From Isosphaeraceae bacterium (GTDB lineage Bacteria; Planctomycetota; Planctomycetia; Isosphaerales; Isosphaeraceae): a DNA stretch of 64,000 nt. Made by a program: the position numbers and the translations under genes. The notes under the pieces were generated by a model. That model was not told where the DNA came from. It did not search any database and saw only the letters and a program-made list of their open reading frames with translations. This document shows positions 29,757 to 40,620 of the stretch, piece after piece (within the stretch, counting starts at the first letter, position 1; each line of letters begins with the position of its first letter). Location: the NCBI GenBank assembly GCA_965201075.1, contig CBDAVP010000011.1, forward strand, positions 1-64,000, read 5' to 3'.

Positions 29757-30059
29757 TCAGTCGCCGGCGGCCTTGGAGCAGGCGGCCCCTTCCAGGGCCG
29801 TACGCTTCTCGGTAATCACCGGGGACTTGGGCGATTCCTCGGCGTTGAGCTGGACGAAGTCCTTCCATTCCTCGGGGAGGTTGTCCTCCAGGAAGATGGC
29901 TTCCACCGGGCACTCGGGCACGCACGCCTCGCAGTCGATGCACTCCTCCGGGTGGATGAAGAGCATCTGCGCCCCTTCGTAGAAGCAGTCGACGGGGCAG
30001 ACCACGACACAGTCGGTATATTTGCAATCAAAGCACGGCTCGGCAACCACGTGGGCCAT
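29757..30059 (-). CDS. fdxA: 7Fe ([3Fe-4S][4Fe-4S]) ferredoxin, FdxA-like
   Basis: [17 protein letters not shown] and [20 protein letters not shown]. Confidence 0.9.
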   Translation of the reverse strand: MAHVVAEPCFDCKYTDCVVVCPVDCFYEGAQMLFIHPEECIDCEACVPECPVEAIFLEDNLPEEWKDFVQLNAEESPKSPVITEKRTALEGAACSKAAGD

Positions 30060-30234
30060 GCGGCGCTCCTTACAACAGTCGAACCAGGCGGGCGGGCGTC
30101 GGGACTCATTTCCTTCGGGCCGATTCTCCGCGTCGGAAGATCGTATCCCATGATGAGTTGAGGGTCAAGTTCGCCAACGGCCCGACGCCCGGGACCGGAC
30201 TGGCGCCCGGGTGCTGGGCGATGACCCCACTGCC

Positions 30235-30531
30235 TCAGTGGCCGGTATTCGGCTTCGGCGGCCCGTCCGACTTGACCTCCACGGACGTGAGGACCCCACG
30301 ACCAGGGTCAATCTCCTCCTCAAGACTGTTGACTTCGATTGCACCCTCTCCCTCCCCCTGTTCGAGGAGGATCGTCTCGCCCACCTCGACACCGGTCCCG
30401 ACGACGAGCAGTTCGTCGACTTCGTTTTGGATGGAAATCTAACGAGGGTGGGCCACGCCGTCCTTGCCCGCGACGAGGACGTACCGCTTGTCCGGGGCTT
30501 CACTGACGGCGCGTTGCGGGAAGATGAGGGG
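30235..30531 (-). pseudogene. degraded C-terminal fragment of an RND efflux periplasmic adaptor (membrane fusion protein)
   Basis: frame reads LIFPQRAVSEAPDKRYVLVAGKDGVAHPR*ISIQNEVDELLVVGTGVEVGETILLE; in-frame TAG at 30439-30441; no start codon found upstream. Confidence 0.6.
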
Positions 30532-30659
30532 CCGAGTCGAATGTTGAAGGCCCCGGCCGGGCGCATCCTGTTCAGATTGAGCGACGGGCGGAGGAAGGCC
30601 TGGCGGCGGCCTCCCTCCGCAACGGGCGTGTTGGGGCGGCGTGGGTGGTTCGCGGTCGT

Positions 30660-31259
30660 TCAGGACGCCTTGCGCTTGGCCGTCTTGATCGTCACCGGGG
30701 TGGTGGGGAACCCCTCGCTCATCTGGTTGCGAACGGTGGGGATCTTGGCGATCTTGTCCACCACGTCCATGCCGTCGACAACCTTGCCGAAGACCGTGTA
30801 ACCGAAGCCGTCCTGGGCCGAGTCGCGGTCGAGGAAGCTATTGCCGTTGCCCAGGTTGATGAAGAACTGGGACGTGGCGGAATTCGGGTCGCCGGTGCGG
30901 GCCATGGCGATGGTCCCCCGGGCGTTCTTCAGGCCGTTGCCCGCCTCGTTCTTGATCGGGGCGCGGGTCTTCTTGGTGTTGCCGGGGTTGGTGGCCCCCT
31001 CGGCGAACCCACCGCCCTGGATCATGAAGTCGGGGATGACCCGGTGGAACATCGTGCCGTTGTAGTGGCCGTCGTCGACGTACTGGAGGAAGTTCTCCAC
31101 TGACAGCGGGGCCTTGGCCCGGTCGAGTTCCAGGGTGATCGGCCCGAGGTTGGTGTCCAGCACCACCCGCGGCTTGTCGTCGGCCGCCGAGGCGGAGTCG
31201 GCCATCGGCAGCAGGCAGAGCGAGAAGACGGCCAGCGCCCCGAGGCAGTAATACAGCAT
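30660..31259 (-). CDS. ppiA: cyclophilin-type peptidyl-prolyl cis-trans isomerase, exported
   Basis: [38 protein letters not shown]; signal peptide. Confidence 0.93.
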   Translation of the reverse strand: MLYYCLGALAVFSLCLLPMADSASAADDKPRVVLDTNLGPITLELDRAKAPLSVENFLQYVDDGHYNGTMFHRVIPDFMIQGGGFAEGATNPGNTKKTRAPIKNEAGNGLKNARGTIAMARTGDPNSATSQFFINLGNGNSFLDRDSAQDGFGYTVFGKVVDGMDVVDKIAKIPTVRNQMSEGFPTTPVTIKTAKRKAS

Positions 31260-31392
31260 CGTCGGTCATCCCTGGGTGATTGAGATCCGTCGGCCCGGGA
31301 CGAACCCGGTCGGCCAGCAGGCCCGAGCCTAGCACGACCCACCAGCGCCGTCGAGAGGCCCCCCGGCCGGCTCGCGGCGGGGGGCAATCCCC

Positions 31393-34300
31393 TCAGCGGC
31401 CGAGGCGGTCGAGCAGGACGGCGACCTCTTGACGGTCCGATGGTCGGAGGCGGTCGGAACCTTTCTGGGCGCGACGGAGGAAGTCCATCGCGTCGCCGGA
31501 CCGCGACCGATCGGCCGCCACGAGTCGGCCCATGTGATAGTTCAAGACCGGCAGGTCGGGCGACTTCCGCAGGCCCCGGGCATAGGCGTCCTCGGCCTCT
31601 CGCGAGTGGCCCATCGCCTCCTGGATCTCTCCCAGGGTGTCGAAGAACTCTCCGGGCAGGGTGGCCGGGTCGACTCGGTGGGCCAGGCCGTCGGCCAGGG
31701 CCAGGGCCCCGGGGTCGTCCTTGAGGTAACGGTGCAAGATCCAGGCCTTGTTGTTGACCGCCTCGACCGACGTGGGCTGAACCGCCAGAATCTGGTCGTA
31801 CTGAACCACGGCGCGGCGGAGCAGGTCGTCGGCGCGGGCGGCGTGGGGCTCGGCCTCGGCGGCGGCCAGCAGCAGGTCGCCATATGCCAGGCGGGCCCCC
31901 GGGGCCTTCAGCTTGGGAGCGGCGGCGTCGGCCAGCGGCAGGGCCGAGGCAATCTGGCCGGCCCGGTGGAACCCCACCGCCGCGGCCAGCCCAAGGTCTC
32001 CTCGCGGGTCGGCCGCCACGGCGGACCGGGCAATTGACCCGGCCTCGGCCACCAGGGCTGGGTCGGCCGGCTGGCCGGGGGCCGTCGACTCGGCCAGTCG
32101 TTGGACCAGTAACGCCAGGGTCGCCGGATCGTCGGGCACAGCCTTGACTGCCGCTCTCAGGGCTTCGATCGCCGCGGGACGACGGCCCAGGGCCAGCAGG
32201 GCGTCGGCGAGTTGACGGTAAGCCTCGGCGAACTTCGGCTGCGACCCCACGGCCTTCTTCAGCAGGGCGACCGCCTCCTCGCGGTTCTTCCGGCGAGTCG
32301 CTTCGGAACCGGTCTGAGCCTCCAGTCCCCGGGCCTTCAAGAGCAACGCCGCGGCGGCGTCGGGCGTGCCTTCCAGAATCCAACTGGCCTGGCGAACCGC
32401 CTCGTCGGGTCGCCCGGCCAGCAGCGACGCTCGCCCCAGCGCCAGCCGCGTCTCACCCCCTCGGGGGTTGCGAGCGACCGCCTCGCCATACGCCTCGGCG
32501 GCCTGCCTCCAAGAGCCCTGGGTCTCGAACAAACGGGCCCTCAGGATCGGACCGGCGGCCGAGTCGCCGTCCAGGTTATCCAGATCCTTGGTCACGGCCA
32601 TCGCCCTCGACAGGTCTCCACGACGGGCCGCCAGGTCGCATTCGGCCTCCAGGAACGCCGGCTCATCGGGGAACGCCGCGCGCCCCTGGCGAATCAAAGC
32701 GGCCTGACGCTCATCCAATGCTTTGACGGCGGCCTTGTCTCCCTGATTTCCCGCGGCGACGGCGTGGGCGCCAACCAGTCTTGCCAGCAGAACTGCCGGC
32801 GCGGGGTCTTTCGGCGATGTCTTGCCCCACTCGGCGGCCAGCGCCTCGGCCCGGTCGAAGTCGCCGGCTTCCCGGTAGGCGTCCACCAGGTAGCGGCGGA
32901 CGGGACCTTGTGGATCGGCCTGGGCCTTCGCCTCCAGGAACGCCAAGGCCCCGGGGCCGTCGCCCGAGAGCTTCAGGATGCGGGCCTTGGCCTGGATCAG
33001 ATCCAACGCCTTGGAATGAACCTTCAAGCCCCGATCGAGGGCCGCTCCGGTCTTGCGCAGTCCCTCCGCCGAGCCGTCTCGCTGGTTCTCCACGGCCGCC
33101 AGCATCAGGTAGACGGCGGGCTTGGCCGGCTGCTCGGGCGCGGACGGCGTGGCCAGTGCCTTCTCGATCAAGGCAATCGCCTCGGCCGGCTTGTCGGCGT
33201 TGACGAGCATGAACGCACGGGTCACGATCGCTCCGGCGTCGGCGGGGTGGTCCTTGAGCACTCCGTCGAGCAGGGCGGTCGCCGTGGCATCCTCGTGGTT
33301 GCGACGGTAATAGTTGGCAGCCTGGACCTTTTCCTCATCACTGGCCCCGGGCTCCCTCATCAGGGCGTCCAGCTCCTTGCGAGCCACGTCCCAGCGCCCC
33401 TTGGTGGCCTGGGCGGCGACGATCTTCCAGCGGGCGGCGCGAGCGAGGTTGCCGGCCTCACCGTCTCTCAAGAGCCCCTGATAACCGGCGATGGCGGTGT
33501 CCAGATCCTGGTTCTCGAACGCCTGGGTGGCCAATGCCCACTTCGAGGCGGTCGCCAGCGACAGGCCCTCGCCAATCTCCCGGCCGGGATTCTGCCGGGC
33601 GATCTCCTGGTAGACCTTGGCCGCGGCGCCGGTGGCTCCGGAACGGTCCTCAAGCTGGGCCTTCCAGAACAGAGCGACCTTGTTGCCGGGGTCCTTCTTC
33701 AACGCCGAGTCGAGGGCGGCGATCGTCCCTCTCGAGTCGTCCCGCAGGGCGGCGACGCGGGCGTCGAGCAGGTCGGCGGCGGCGGCCTCCTTCCAGCGGG
33801 CCCGGATACGCCCGGCGATCCTCGAAGCGCCGTCGAGGTTGTTGTCTCGCAGGTCGAGCATCGCCAGTTGAACGAGCGGGCCAGTGTTCTCGGATCGTTC
33901 GGCGGCGTCGTTCAACAGCTTGCGGGCCTCGCCGCCTCCGCCGGAGATTTTCTCGGCCAGGATCAGGGCGCGTAGCTCCAGGGCTGGCAGATTCCCGGGG
34001 TTGCGCGTCAGGAAGGCACCCAGGTGGTTGGCGGCCTCCTTGGCCCGACCATCGTTGACCAGATCGGTGGCGTCGAGCCCGGCGAGGTCGGCATTCTCAG
34101 GATAGGCCGCCAGCGCCTCGTCGAGCATCCGCCGGGCCTCGGCATGCTTGGCCTCGGCCAACCTGGTTCGGCCGGCGTCGTCGGAAGGAGCGATCCGCCC
34201 CTTTTTCAGCAAGGCGTCAAGGTCTCGGTCCCCCTTGGTCCCACGCTTCAACCGGGCATACTGGTCCAGCAGGATCATCACCGAAAGGCGCTCAACCGCC

Positions 34301-36156
34301 GGGCCAACATCGGGAGCGGCCTTGTCGCCGGGCTTGGCGGCGGCGGCGATCTTGGCCTTGCGGGCCTTCTCGCGGAGGCTGGCCAGCCGGGCCAGGGAGG
34401 CGTCGGCGTCACCCCGCAGAAATTCCAGTTGCGCCAGTCTCAGGCCGATCGCCGAGGGGACCGCCTGACCCGAGCTCGCGGCCTGTCGATACATCTCCTC
34501 GGCGCGGGCGAGGTTCCCGGCACCGCCGAGGGCCTGGGCGACCTCGCCGGCCAGCAGCCCGAGGGTCCCTTCCAGATCCTTGGACAGCTGGCCCCGGGCG
34601 TACTGGTCGTTCAACGCCTTGACGATCGGCTCGGCGTCCTCGGGGTAGCCGGCCTCGGCCATCGACCACGCCGCCCAGATCTGGTAGCGAGGCTCAAGCG
34701 TCCCGCCCATCCGCCGGGCCTCCTGCAAGTACTGCCGACCCAGCGATGGCTCGTCCGAAAGGATCAAAGCCATCCCATACAGAGCCTTGGCGGTGGCCAG
34801 GCGCGGCAACTGCTCGGCCGCCTGCTTCAGATGCGTCAAGGCCTGGGCGCGGCCCTTGGGGTCGGCGGGAACCGTCCCGGACGCGCGACCCATGCCCGAA
34901 CGCTCCAGTTCAATCGCACCCTGAAACAGGTGTCCAAGACCTTGGTAGGCGACCGCGGGGCTATCGAGCAACTCCTTGATGTAAGGCGCGGCCTTGTCGA
35001 ACCGAGCCGGGTCATCCACCTGGGCCAGCGTGGCCTTCACGGCGACTTCCCGCAGGTCCATCGCGTCCAGTTGAAAGTCGGGCAGGGCGGCGATCGGCGA
35101 GTGGAGCGCCGCTTCGACGATGGCCAGACACTCCGGCAACTTGCGGCGGGCCATCAGGTGAGCGGCGTAGGCCCGGGCGATCCGCAGGTCAACCGGGCGG
35201 CTCGGGTCGGTGGCGGCTCGAAACGTTGCGTCAATGGTCTGGTCAATCGCCGAGTTGGCCACCTCCAGCGACCCCTTCGCCACCGGTTCCGCCCCCGAAG
35301 AGGCCTTCTCCAGGGCGTCGCGCACGTCGTCCAGCAAGATCCCCACGGCGGTCACGCGGTTGGCCGGCGCGTCCTTGGCCTGGACGAGTTCCGCGGCGCC
35401 GTTGCGAATCTGCTCGGCGCGTCGGGCCAACGCATTGGGGTCGGTCTCGCGACTCGCGGCCAGCGCCTGAAGCCGAAGCGCGGCCAGCCGATCGACCGGG
35501 CTGGCGCCGGCCGTCGCGGGATGGGCGGCCCGGGCCAGGATCGTGGCAAGGGCCGGTTCGTCGTGGGCGACCTCGGCGGCCCGGGCGCGGGCCCACTCGG
35601 TGCGCGGCCTCGCGGGGTCCTCGGCCTCCAGCGCCGTCAAATGTTTGCGGGCCCCTTCCAGGTCGGGCTGAGTTTGGTTCAGGTGCTGGATCGCCAGCAC
35701 GGCCTGGGCGTCGAGGTCCTTCGGCTCGATCGCCAGCAGTTCCTCGGCCCAGTGGGCGGCCTCGGCCGGCTCGTCGTGGGCCAGGGCGTCGGCCAGCAGC
35801 AGTCGACGAGGCTCGGCCCGTCTTTTGTCGTACTTCGCCGCGTCGGCCAGCGACCGTAACCGCTGGGCCCGCAACTCCCCTCGCCGTTCCGAAGGCGCCG
35901 AGTCGAGCCACTCGCCATAAAGGCCGGCCAGTTCCATGTGGATCGCCGGGTCCTTGGCGTCCTGCTGGAGCGCTCTCCGATAGTGGACCACCGCGTTGTC
36001 GTACTTCCCGACGGCCTTGTCCTTGCGGGCCAGGGCCAGCAGGTCGCCGGCGCCGGGGGCCGACATCATCGTGTAAGCAATGGCCAGGACCCCGACGACG
36101 GTGGTCGCCAGGAACAACCCGGAGAGGATCAGCAAAGGTTTCCAGCGGACGGTCAT
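31393..36156 (-). CDS. giant membrane-anchored tetratricopeptide-repeat protein (~1590 aa)
   Basis: AAGGAG RBS before ATG 36156; N-terminal TM; Ala/Leu helical repeats throughout, NNKAWIL...DTLG near the C-terminus. Confidence 0.85.
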   Translation of the reverse strand: MTVRWKPLLILSGLFLATTVVGVLAIAYTMMSAPGAGDLLALARKDKAVGKYDNAVVHYRRALQQDAKDPAIHMELAGLYGEWLDSAPSERRGELRAQRLRSLADAAKYDKRRAEPRRLLLADALAHDEPAEAAHWAEELLAIEPKDLDAQAVLAIQHLNQTQPDLEGARKHLTALEAEDPARPRTEWARARAAEVAHDEPALATILARAAHPATAGASPVDRLAALRLQALAASRETDPNALARRAEQIRNGAAELVQAKDAPANRVTAVGILLDDVRDALEKASSGAEPVAKGSLEVANSAIDQTIDATFRAATDPSRPVDLRIARAYAAHLMARRKLPECLAIVEAALHSPIAALPDFQLDAMDLREVAVKATLAQVDDPARFDKAAPYIKELLDSPAVAYQGLGHLFQGAIELERSGMGRASGTVPADPKGRAQALTHLKQAAEQLPRLATAKALYGMALILSDEPSLGRQYLQEARRMGGTLEPRYQIWAAWSMAEAGYPEDAEPIVKALNDQYARGQLSKDLEGTLGLLAGEVAQALGGAGNLARAEEMYRQAASSGQAVPSAIGLRLAQLEFLRGDADASLARLASLREKARKAKIAAAAKPGDKAAPDVGPAVERLSVMILLDQYARLKRGTKGDRDLDALLKKGRIAPSDDAGRTRLAEAKHAEARRMLDEALAAYPENADLAGLDATDLVNDGRAKEAANHLGAFLTRNPGNLPALELRALILAEKISGGGGEARKLLNDAAERSENTGPLVQLAMLDLRDNNLDGASRIAGRIRARWKEAAAADLLDARVAALRDDSRGTIAALDSALKKDPGNKVALFWKAQLEDRSGATGAAAKVYQEIARQNPGREIGEGLSLATASKWALATQAFENQDLDTAIAGYQGLLRDGEAGNLARAARWKIVAAQATKGRWDVARKELDALMREPGASDEEKVQAANYYRRNHEDATATALLDGVLKDHPADAGAIVTRAFMLVNADKPAEAIALIEKALATPSAPEQPAKPAVYLMLAAVENQRDGSAEGLRKTGAALDRGLKVHSKALDLIQAKARILKLSGDGPGALAFLEAKAQADPQGPVRRYLVDAYREAGDFDRAEALAAEWGKTSPKDPAPAVLLARLVGAHAVAAGNQGDKAAVKALDERQAALIRQGRAAFPDEPAFLEAECDLAARRGDLSRAMAVTKDLDNLDGDSAAGPILRARLFETQGSWRQAAEAYGEAVARNPRGGETRLALGRASLLAGRPDEAVRQASWILEGTPDAAAALLLKARGLEAQTGSEATRRKNREEAVALLKKAVGSQPKFAEAYRQLADALLALGRRPAAIEALRAAVKAVPDDPATLALLVQRLAESTAPGQPADPALVAEAGSIARSAVAADPRGDLGLAAAVGFHRAGQIASALPLADAAAPKLKAPGARLAYGDLLLAAAEAEPHAARADDLLRRAVVQYDQILAVQPTSVEAVNNKAWILHRYLKDDPGALALADGLAHRVDPATLPGEFFDTLGEIQEAMGHSREAEDAYARGLRKSPDLPVLNYHMGRLVAADRSRSGDAMDFLRRAQKGSDRLRPSDRQEVAVLLDRLGR

Positions 36157-36617
36157 CGGGCTCAGCTCCTTGTGGGCTCGGTTCCGCGCCAGCCTCGTCG
36201 GGGTCTTCCCGTCGCACAACCCTCCGGGTCGCGGCTCGGGCCGATCGGGGTCGGCGGCTGTTGGCGTTCGTGGTGATTTCCCCTCGGGATGGCGAACCAA
36301 TCGCGAGGAATTGCTGGCGGAGGTGGCCGGCCGTCGCGCCGGGGTGGGGATCGCGCGAAGCGTCCCTGGAGGTGAGCGCCTGAGGTGGGGGGATCGGGCG
36401 ACGCCGTTCGCCCCAGGGCCTCTCGCGAGGCCCGTTTGCCGTCCGTGGTTGCAAGGATCGTGCGGACCGACCCGCCCAGGATAGAAGGTCTCGCCTCCCT
36501 TGGCAAGGACCGAGCCCACCGAGGCCCAGGCGGTGCGGGCTCTCCCCTGTCCTTCGCGAAACCGGGCCAGCGGCCGACACCGAGTCCCCGAAAACGGCCA
36601 AGAACGGACCGGGCGTC

Positions 36618-37163
36618 TCAGATCCGGGGCCGCGGACCTCTCATTGCGACGGGGGGCTGGAGGATCTCGTTGAGCAGGAACGCCTCGCGAAGCCGGGCCG
36701 GTTGACGCAGCGACCGGGCCAACGCCTCGGCGCCGGCGGGTCCGGAGAGGTCCTCGGCGACGGTCACACGGCCCGACTCGCCGTGACCCTGCGTCAGCGA
36801 CATCGCGCTCAGTCCCAGCACCGACCGGTTCCCCATCGGCGAGATGTCCGGCCCGAGGTTCCGCTGGCGGGGCCTCGACGCCTCGGCCGCCGCCGTCGTG
36901 GGAGAAGCCGGCTTTCCTCGCGACCCCCGCCGAGACGAGGTCCCGGAGCGCGGGTCGGCCGGGCGGTTGTCGCGGATCACCAGGACATCCTCACCCGGTC
37001 GCGACGTCGAGGTGCCAAAGCGGGTCGATACCGGCGGGGTCGGGCGAGGGCCGGGCATTTGGGGCCGCGGGATCGGCCTGGGTGGTTCACGCTCGAGAAT
37101 CTGCTTCAGGCCCCAAAGGACCAGGAAGATGATCGGGACGATCAACTGACTCCAGTTATGCAC
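36618..37163 (-). CDS. hypothetical protein downstream of floA (N-terminal TM, disordered middle)
   Basis: C-terminal LREAFLLNEILQPPVAMR resembles the conserved end of YqfB-like floA-operon proteins. Confidence 0.7.
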   Translation of the reverse strand: MHNWSQLIVPIIFLVLWGLKQILEREPPRPIPRPQMPGPRPTPPVSTRFGTSTSRPGEDVLVIRDNRPADPRSGTSSRRGSRGKPASPTTAAAEASRPRQRNLGPDISPMGNRSVLGLSAMSLTQGHGESGRVTVAEDLSGPAGAEALARSLRQPARLREAFLLNEILQPPVAMRGPRPRI

Positions 37164-37217
37164 GTCGGCAAACTCCCTGGGGCCTCGTCAATCCTTGGGC
37201 TCTCAGCAACAATCCGC

Positions 37218-38315
37218 TCAAGGGTTGGCCGCCTGCGGCTCCCGACGCCCGGCCATGGCATTGGTGCCCGACCCCGTGCCCGCGATCGAGTTGCGCATCT
37301 CGGTGTCGGCCTGGACGTTGCGCAGGTTGTAATACTCCGAGATTCCGAGGTTTCCCTTGCGAAACGCCTCGGCGATGGCCAGGGGAATCTCGGCCTCGGC
37401 GGCAATCACCTTGGCCCGGTTCTCCTGGACCCCGGCGAGCATTTCCTGCTCCATCGCCACGGCGAACGCCCGACGCTCCTCGGCCTTGGCTCGGGCCACA
37501 CGGGTATCGGCCTCGGCCTGGGCGGCCTGGAGGTTGGCGCCGATGTTGTCGCCCACGTCGATGTCGGCGATGTCGATCGACAGGATCTCGAACGCGGTCC
37601 CGGCGTCGAGCCCCTTCTCCAAAACCCGCTTGGAGATTGAATCCGGATTCTCCAGCACCAGGTTATGACTTTCGGCCGAGCCGATCGTCGTCACGATCCC
37701 TTCGCCAACGCGGGCGATGATCGTTTCCTCGGTCGCACCGCCCACGAGTCGGTCGATATTAGTGCGGACCGTCACCCGGGCCTTCACCTTGAGCTGAATG
37801 CCGTTCTTGGCCACTGCGTCGATGGTCGAGCGTCCCTTGGCAGGGTCGGGGCAGTCGATCACCTTCGGATTGACGCTGGTCTGTACCGCGTCCAGCACGT
37901 TTCGGCCAGCCAGGTCGATCGCCGTGGCCCTTTTGAACGACAACGGGATATCCGCGCGATGGGCAGCGATCAGCGACCGGACCACATTCGGCACGTTACC
38001 ACCGGCCAGATAATGGGCTTCCAGCGCCCGGGTGGTGATACCGTCCTTGTCCGACATACCCGCCTGGATGGCCATGATCTTCGACCGCACGATGATGTTG
38101 GGGTTCACCTTGCGGAAGGTCATCCCGATCAGTTCCACCAGCGCGACGTTGGCATTGGTGGTCTTGGCCTGAATCCACAGGCTGAAGTACTTCGCGAACA
38201 GGATGAACGCGAAGAGGGCGACGAAGGCGATCAGCAAAATGAAAATGATCAGGATGAACGGGAAATTTCCGGGTCCCTCGACGATCTGGGCCAGCGGTAG
38301 CGGTAAGCGGTTCAT
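37218..38315 (-). CDS. floA: flotillin-like protein FloA (YqfA/UPF0365)
   Basis: [52 protein letters not shown]. Confidence 0.93.
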   Translation of the reverse strand: MNRLPLPLAQIVEGPGNFPFILIIFILLIAFVALFAFILFAKYFSLWIQAKTTNANVALVELIGMTFRKVNPNIIVRSKIMAIQAGMSDKDGITTRALEAHYLAGGNVPNVVRSLIAAHRADIPLSFKRATAIDLAGRNVLDAVQTSVNPKVIDCPDPAKGRSTIDAVAKNGIQLKVKARVTVRTNIDRLVGGATEETIIARVGEGIVTTIGSAESHNLVLENPDSISKRVLEKGLDAGTAFEILSIDIADIDVGDNIGANLQAAQAEADTRVARAKAEERRAFAVAMEQEMLAGVQENRAKVIAAEAEIPLAIAEAFRKGNLGISEYYNLRNVQADTEMRNSIAGTGSGTNAMAGRREPQAANP

Positions 38316-38373
38316 GGGTGGTCCTTCAACAGCAAGGCGTTTCCCGACGATCGGGGCCGGGGCGGGGAGAGGG

Positions 38374-38901
38374 TTAACCGACGAGTTCACCAAGGGCGTC
38401 CAGCATTTCGGCTGGGGCGGCCCGGACGACCAGGGAGATTCCGCGAACGCCGACCGCCCGCACCAACGAGCCGGCCGGGATCATCGTCCCCCCCTCGGCC
38501 AGGCCATCAAGGCGTCGCCCTTCGAAGTCGACCGAGCCGGAGGGACGCAACGGTGTCAACGCGCGGCCAAACTGGCCGACCAGATAGTCCAGCCGATAGG
38601 CCGCGACCTCGGGGGCGATGTCCTCGGCGGTGGGCGGTTTCAGGAAAACCCACTTGGCCATCGGTGTGCGGGGCCAAAGGTAAACGGCATAAGCCAATGT
38701 CAGTGGCAGCAGTAAGAGAAGCGCCGTCAGGAACGACAGGCCCCGGGTCATCGACCGGGCGAAGGCCATGCCCAGCGAGACGACCAGCAGCCCGATGGCC
38801 AGCAGGCCAATGAGGCCGCCCGAGGGGACGAACACCTCGGCCACCAAGAGGATCAAACCGACGACCAGGCAAAGCAGGGGCCAGATCAGGTCGGTGCTCA
38901 T
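38374..38901 (-). CDS. short NfeD-family protein (TM + OB fold)
   Basis: EVFVPSGG, three TM segments, [11 protein letters not shown]. Confidence 0.85.
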   Translation of the reverse strand: MSTDLIWPLLCLVVGLILLVAEVFVPSGGLIGLLAIGLLVVSLGMAFARSMTRGLSFLTALLLLLPLTLAYAVYLWPRTPMAKWVFLKPPTAEDIAPEVAAYRLDYLVGQFGRALTPLRPSGSVDFEGRRLDGLAEGGTMIPAGSLVRAVGVRGISLVVRAAPAEMLDALGELVG

Positions 38902-39034
38902 CAGCCGCCAGACTCCCGAGTCCCCCCCGCCACCGTCACGGACAACCACGGCCCGGACCCGGGGCTCTCTCTAGTTATAAGACGCCGGGGGGGACGAAGG
39001 CCAACCCCTTCCGCCCCAACTCCCGCGTTTTACC

Positions 39035-40291
39035 TCAGAAGGGGAACCGGCCCGGCTCCAGCGACACTGGCCGATTGTCGCCATGAGGGTTCAACCCCAT
39101 CCGCTGCCGGGGCTCGGCCAGGTGATAAATCGCCAACAAGGTCGGGCCCGCCAGCAAGGCCAGCACCACCCCCCGATAGGCCCAACGCCCCAGCCGATCC
39201 CGCACCCAGGCGCATCCCTCGGCCACCAGCAGCAATAGCGACGGGACCAAGAACAGGATCAGTCGCCCATGAAAGGGATAGAGTCGCCCCGCCGTCGCAC
39301 CCAACGCCAAAAGCCCCGGCAAAAGCAGCATCCCCAAAGCCCGAACGTCCCGGCGAGCCATCGAGGCACAACCAACCACGAACAGCAAAAGGGCCAGCAC
39401 GGCGACCGGATAGGGCCCCCAGGGCGACGGAAATTCCAAAGGGTTGAGGAATAGATAGAGCACTCGACGGACCGGCCAAACCACCAGGTCGGCGAACGAT
39501 CGGGGCGGCCACGGCCAGAAGGCGAACCCCCAGAAGACGTCCATCGACACCGCATCGACCAGTTGCCGACGAGCCACCGCCCGACATCCCGAGAAGCTCG
39601 CCACCCAAACCCCACCCACCAGTAACAGCAACAGGACCCGCCGAAACTCCCGAGCCGCCAGCGCCGAGACCATCGCCACAAGTCCCACCCCACCCAGCAC
39701 GAACACCGAAGGGAACGAAAACCAGGGAGCCAGCGCCCCTCCCGCCGCGGCCAGGAAGAACCGCCACGCCGACGCGGGCCGTCGCACCAAATCCAGTCCC
39801 ATCAACCAGCAGGCCAGGGCCACCGCCAAGTCGGTTGAATACGGCTTCAGCTCCGACGCGAAATAGATCAGATCTCCCGAGGTCGCCACCAAAGCCGAGG
39901 CCACCAAAACCGCCCCCGGTCGCAAGCAACGCCGCCCCAACTCCGCCGCCAAAAGCAGGGTTGCGACCCCGCCCAGCAACGGCAAAAGGCGCAACCAGAA
40001 CGTCGACGGCCCCAGCACCTCCGCCACCAATCGCTCAACGACCAGGAACCCCGCCGGGGCGAGTTGGGCTCCCTCCAGCGGTCCAAACAGTTGCCCAATG
40101 GTCTTGGCCTGAATGTTCCACTGAAGCCGAGACTCATCCAGCCACGCCGGTCGATCCGCCAGCCATTGCGCGACTCGACACACCACCCCAAACGCCAGGG
40201 TCAGGCCGACCGGGTGATCGCGGACGAACGCGGCGATCGGAGGGACCAAATCAACCCGGGTCGCGGCGCCTCGCCAGTCGGTCGGGACCAT
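39035..40291 (-). CDS. GT-C fold (ArnT/PMT-like) membrane glycosyltransferase
   Basis: WLDE after TM1, RLLPLLGG, YFASELKPYS, YPFHGRLILF; many TM helices. Confidence 0.75.
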   Translation of the reverse strand: MVPTDWRGAATRVDLVPPIAAFVRDHPVGLTLAFGVVCRVAQWLADRPAWLDESRLQWNIQAKTIGQLFGPLEGAQLAPAGFLVVERLVAEVLGPSTFWLRLLPLLGGVATLLLAAELGRRCLRPGAVLVASALVATSGDLIYFASELKPYSTDLAVALACWLMGLDLVRRPASAWRFFLAAAGGALAPWFSFPSVFVLGGVGLVAMVSALAAREFRRVLLLLLVGGVWVASFSGCRAVARRQLVDAVSMDVFWGFAFWPWPPRSFADLVVWPVRRVLYLFLNPLEFPSPWGPYPVAVLALLLFVVGCASMARRDVRALGMLLLPGLLALGATAGRLYPFHGRLILFLVPSLLLLVAEGCAWVRDRLGRWAYRGVVLALLAGPTLLAIYHLAEPRQRMGLNPHGDNRPVSLEPGRFPF

Positions 40292-40359
40292 CGCGGTGTT
40301 TCCCTCGCTCCCCGATTCGAAGGATTGCCGGCGAGACGCGCGGTCATCTCGCCATGAGG

Positions 40360-40620
40360 TCAGGCCCGGGCGACTAAACGCTCATACTCGTCGTGGGGGC
40401 CGATCCAGAACTAAACCAGGCCATCGGGTGCATCCGCGGCAAGAGCCCGATATCCGGACCCCGCGCGAACCGACCAAAGGCGGCCGACCCGTTTCAGGTG
40501 CGGAGAGGGATGCCTCGAATCCGCGCGCAAGAGTTCGTAGTGGCGATCCGCGACCCGACGCACCGATTCGGGGAGACGTCGATAACAAGCCCAAAAGTCC
40601 GCCGTCGTATGAGGATTCAC
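40360..40620 (-). pseudogene. RelE/ParE-like toxin interrupted by an in-frame TAG
   Basis: ...GYRALAADAPDGLV*FWIGPHDEYERLVARA*; TAG at 40411-40413 lies where W would complete a WFWIGxHxEY C-terminus. Confidence 0.8.

Noticed and set aside
30165..30566. 133-aa ORF in the track
   Set aside because: Ser/Arg-rich off-frame reading of the RND adaptor remnant
30439..40413. Amber (TAG) recoding suggested by two in-frame TAGs (RND remnant, toxin)
   Set aside because: The two sites imply different residues (probably Glu and Trp), each one substitution from TAG, and TAG ends intact genes here (cysA, cysW, leuB); independent nonsense mutations are simpler
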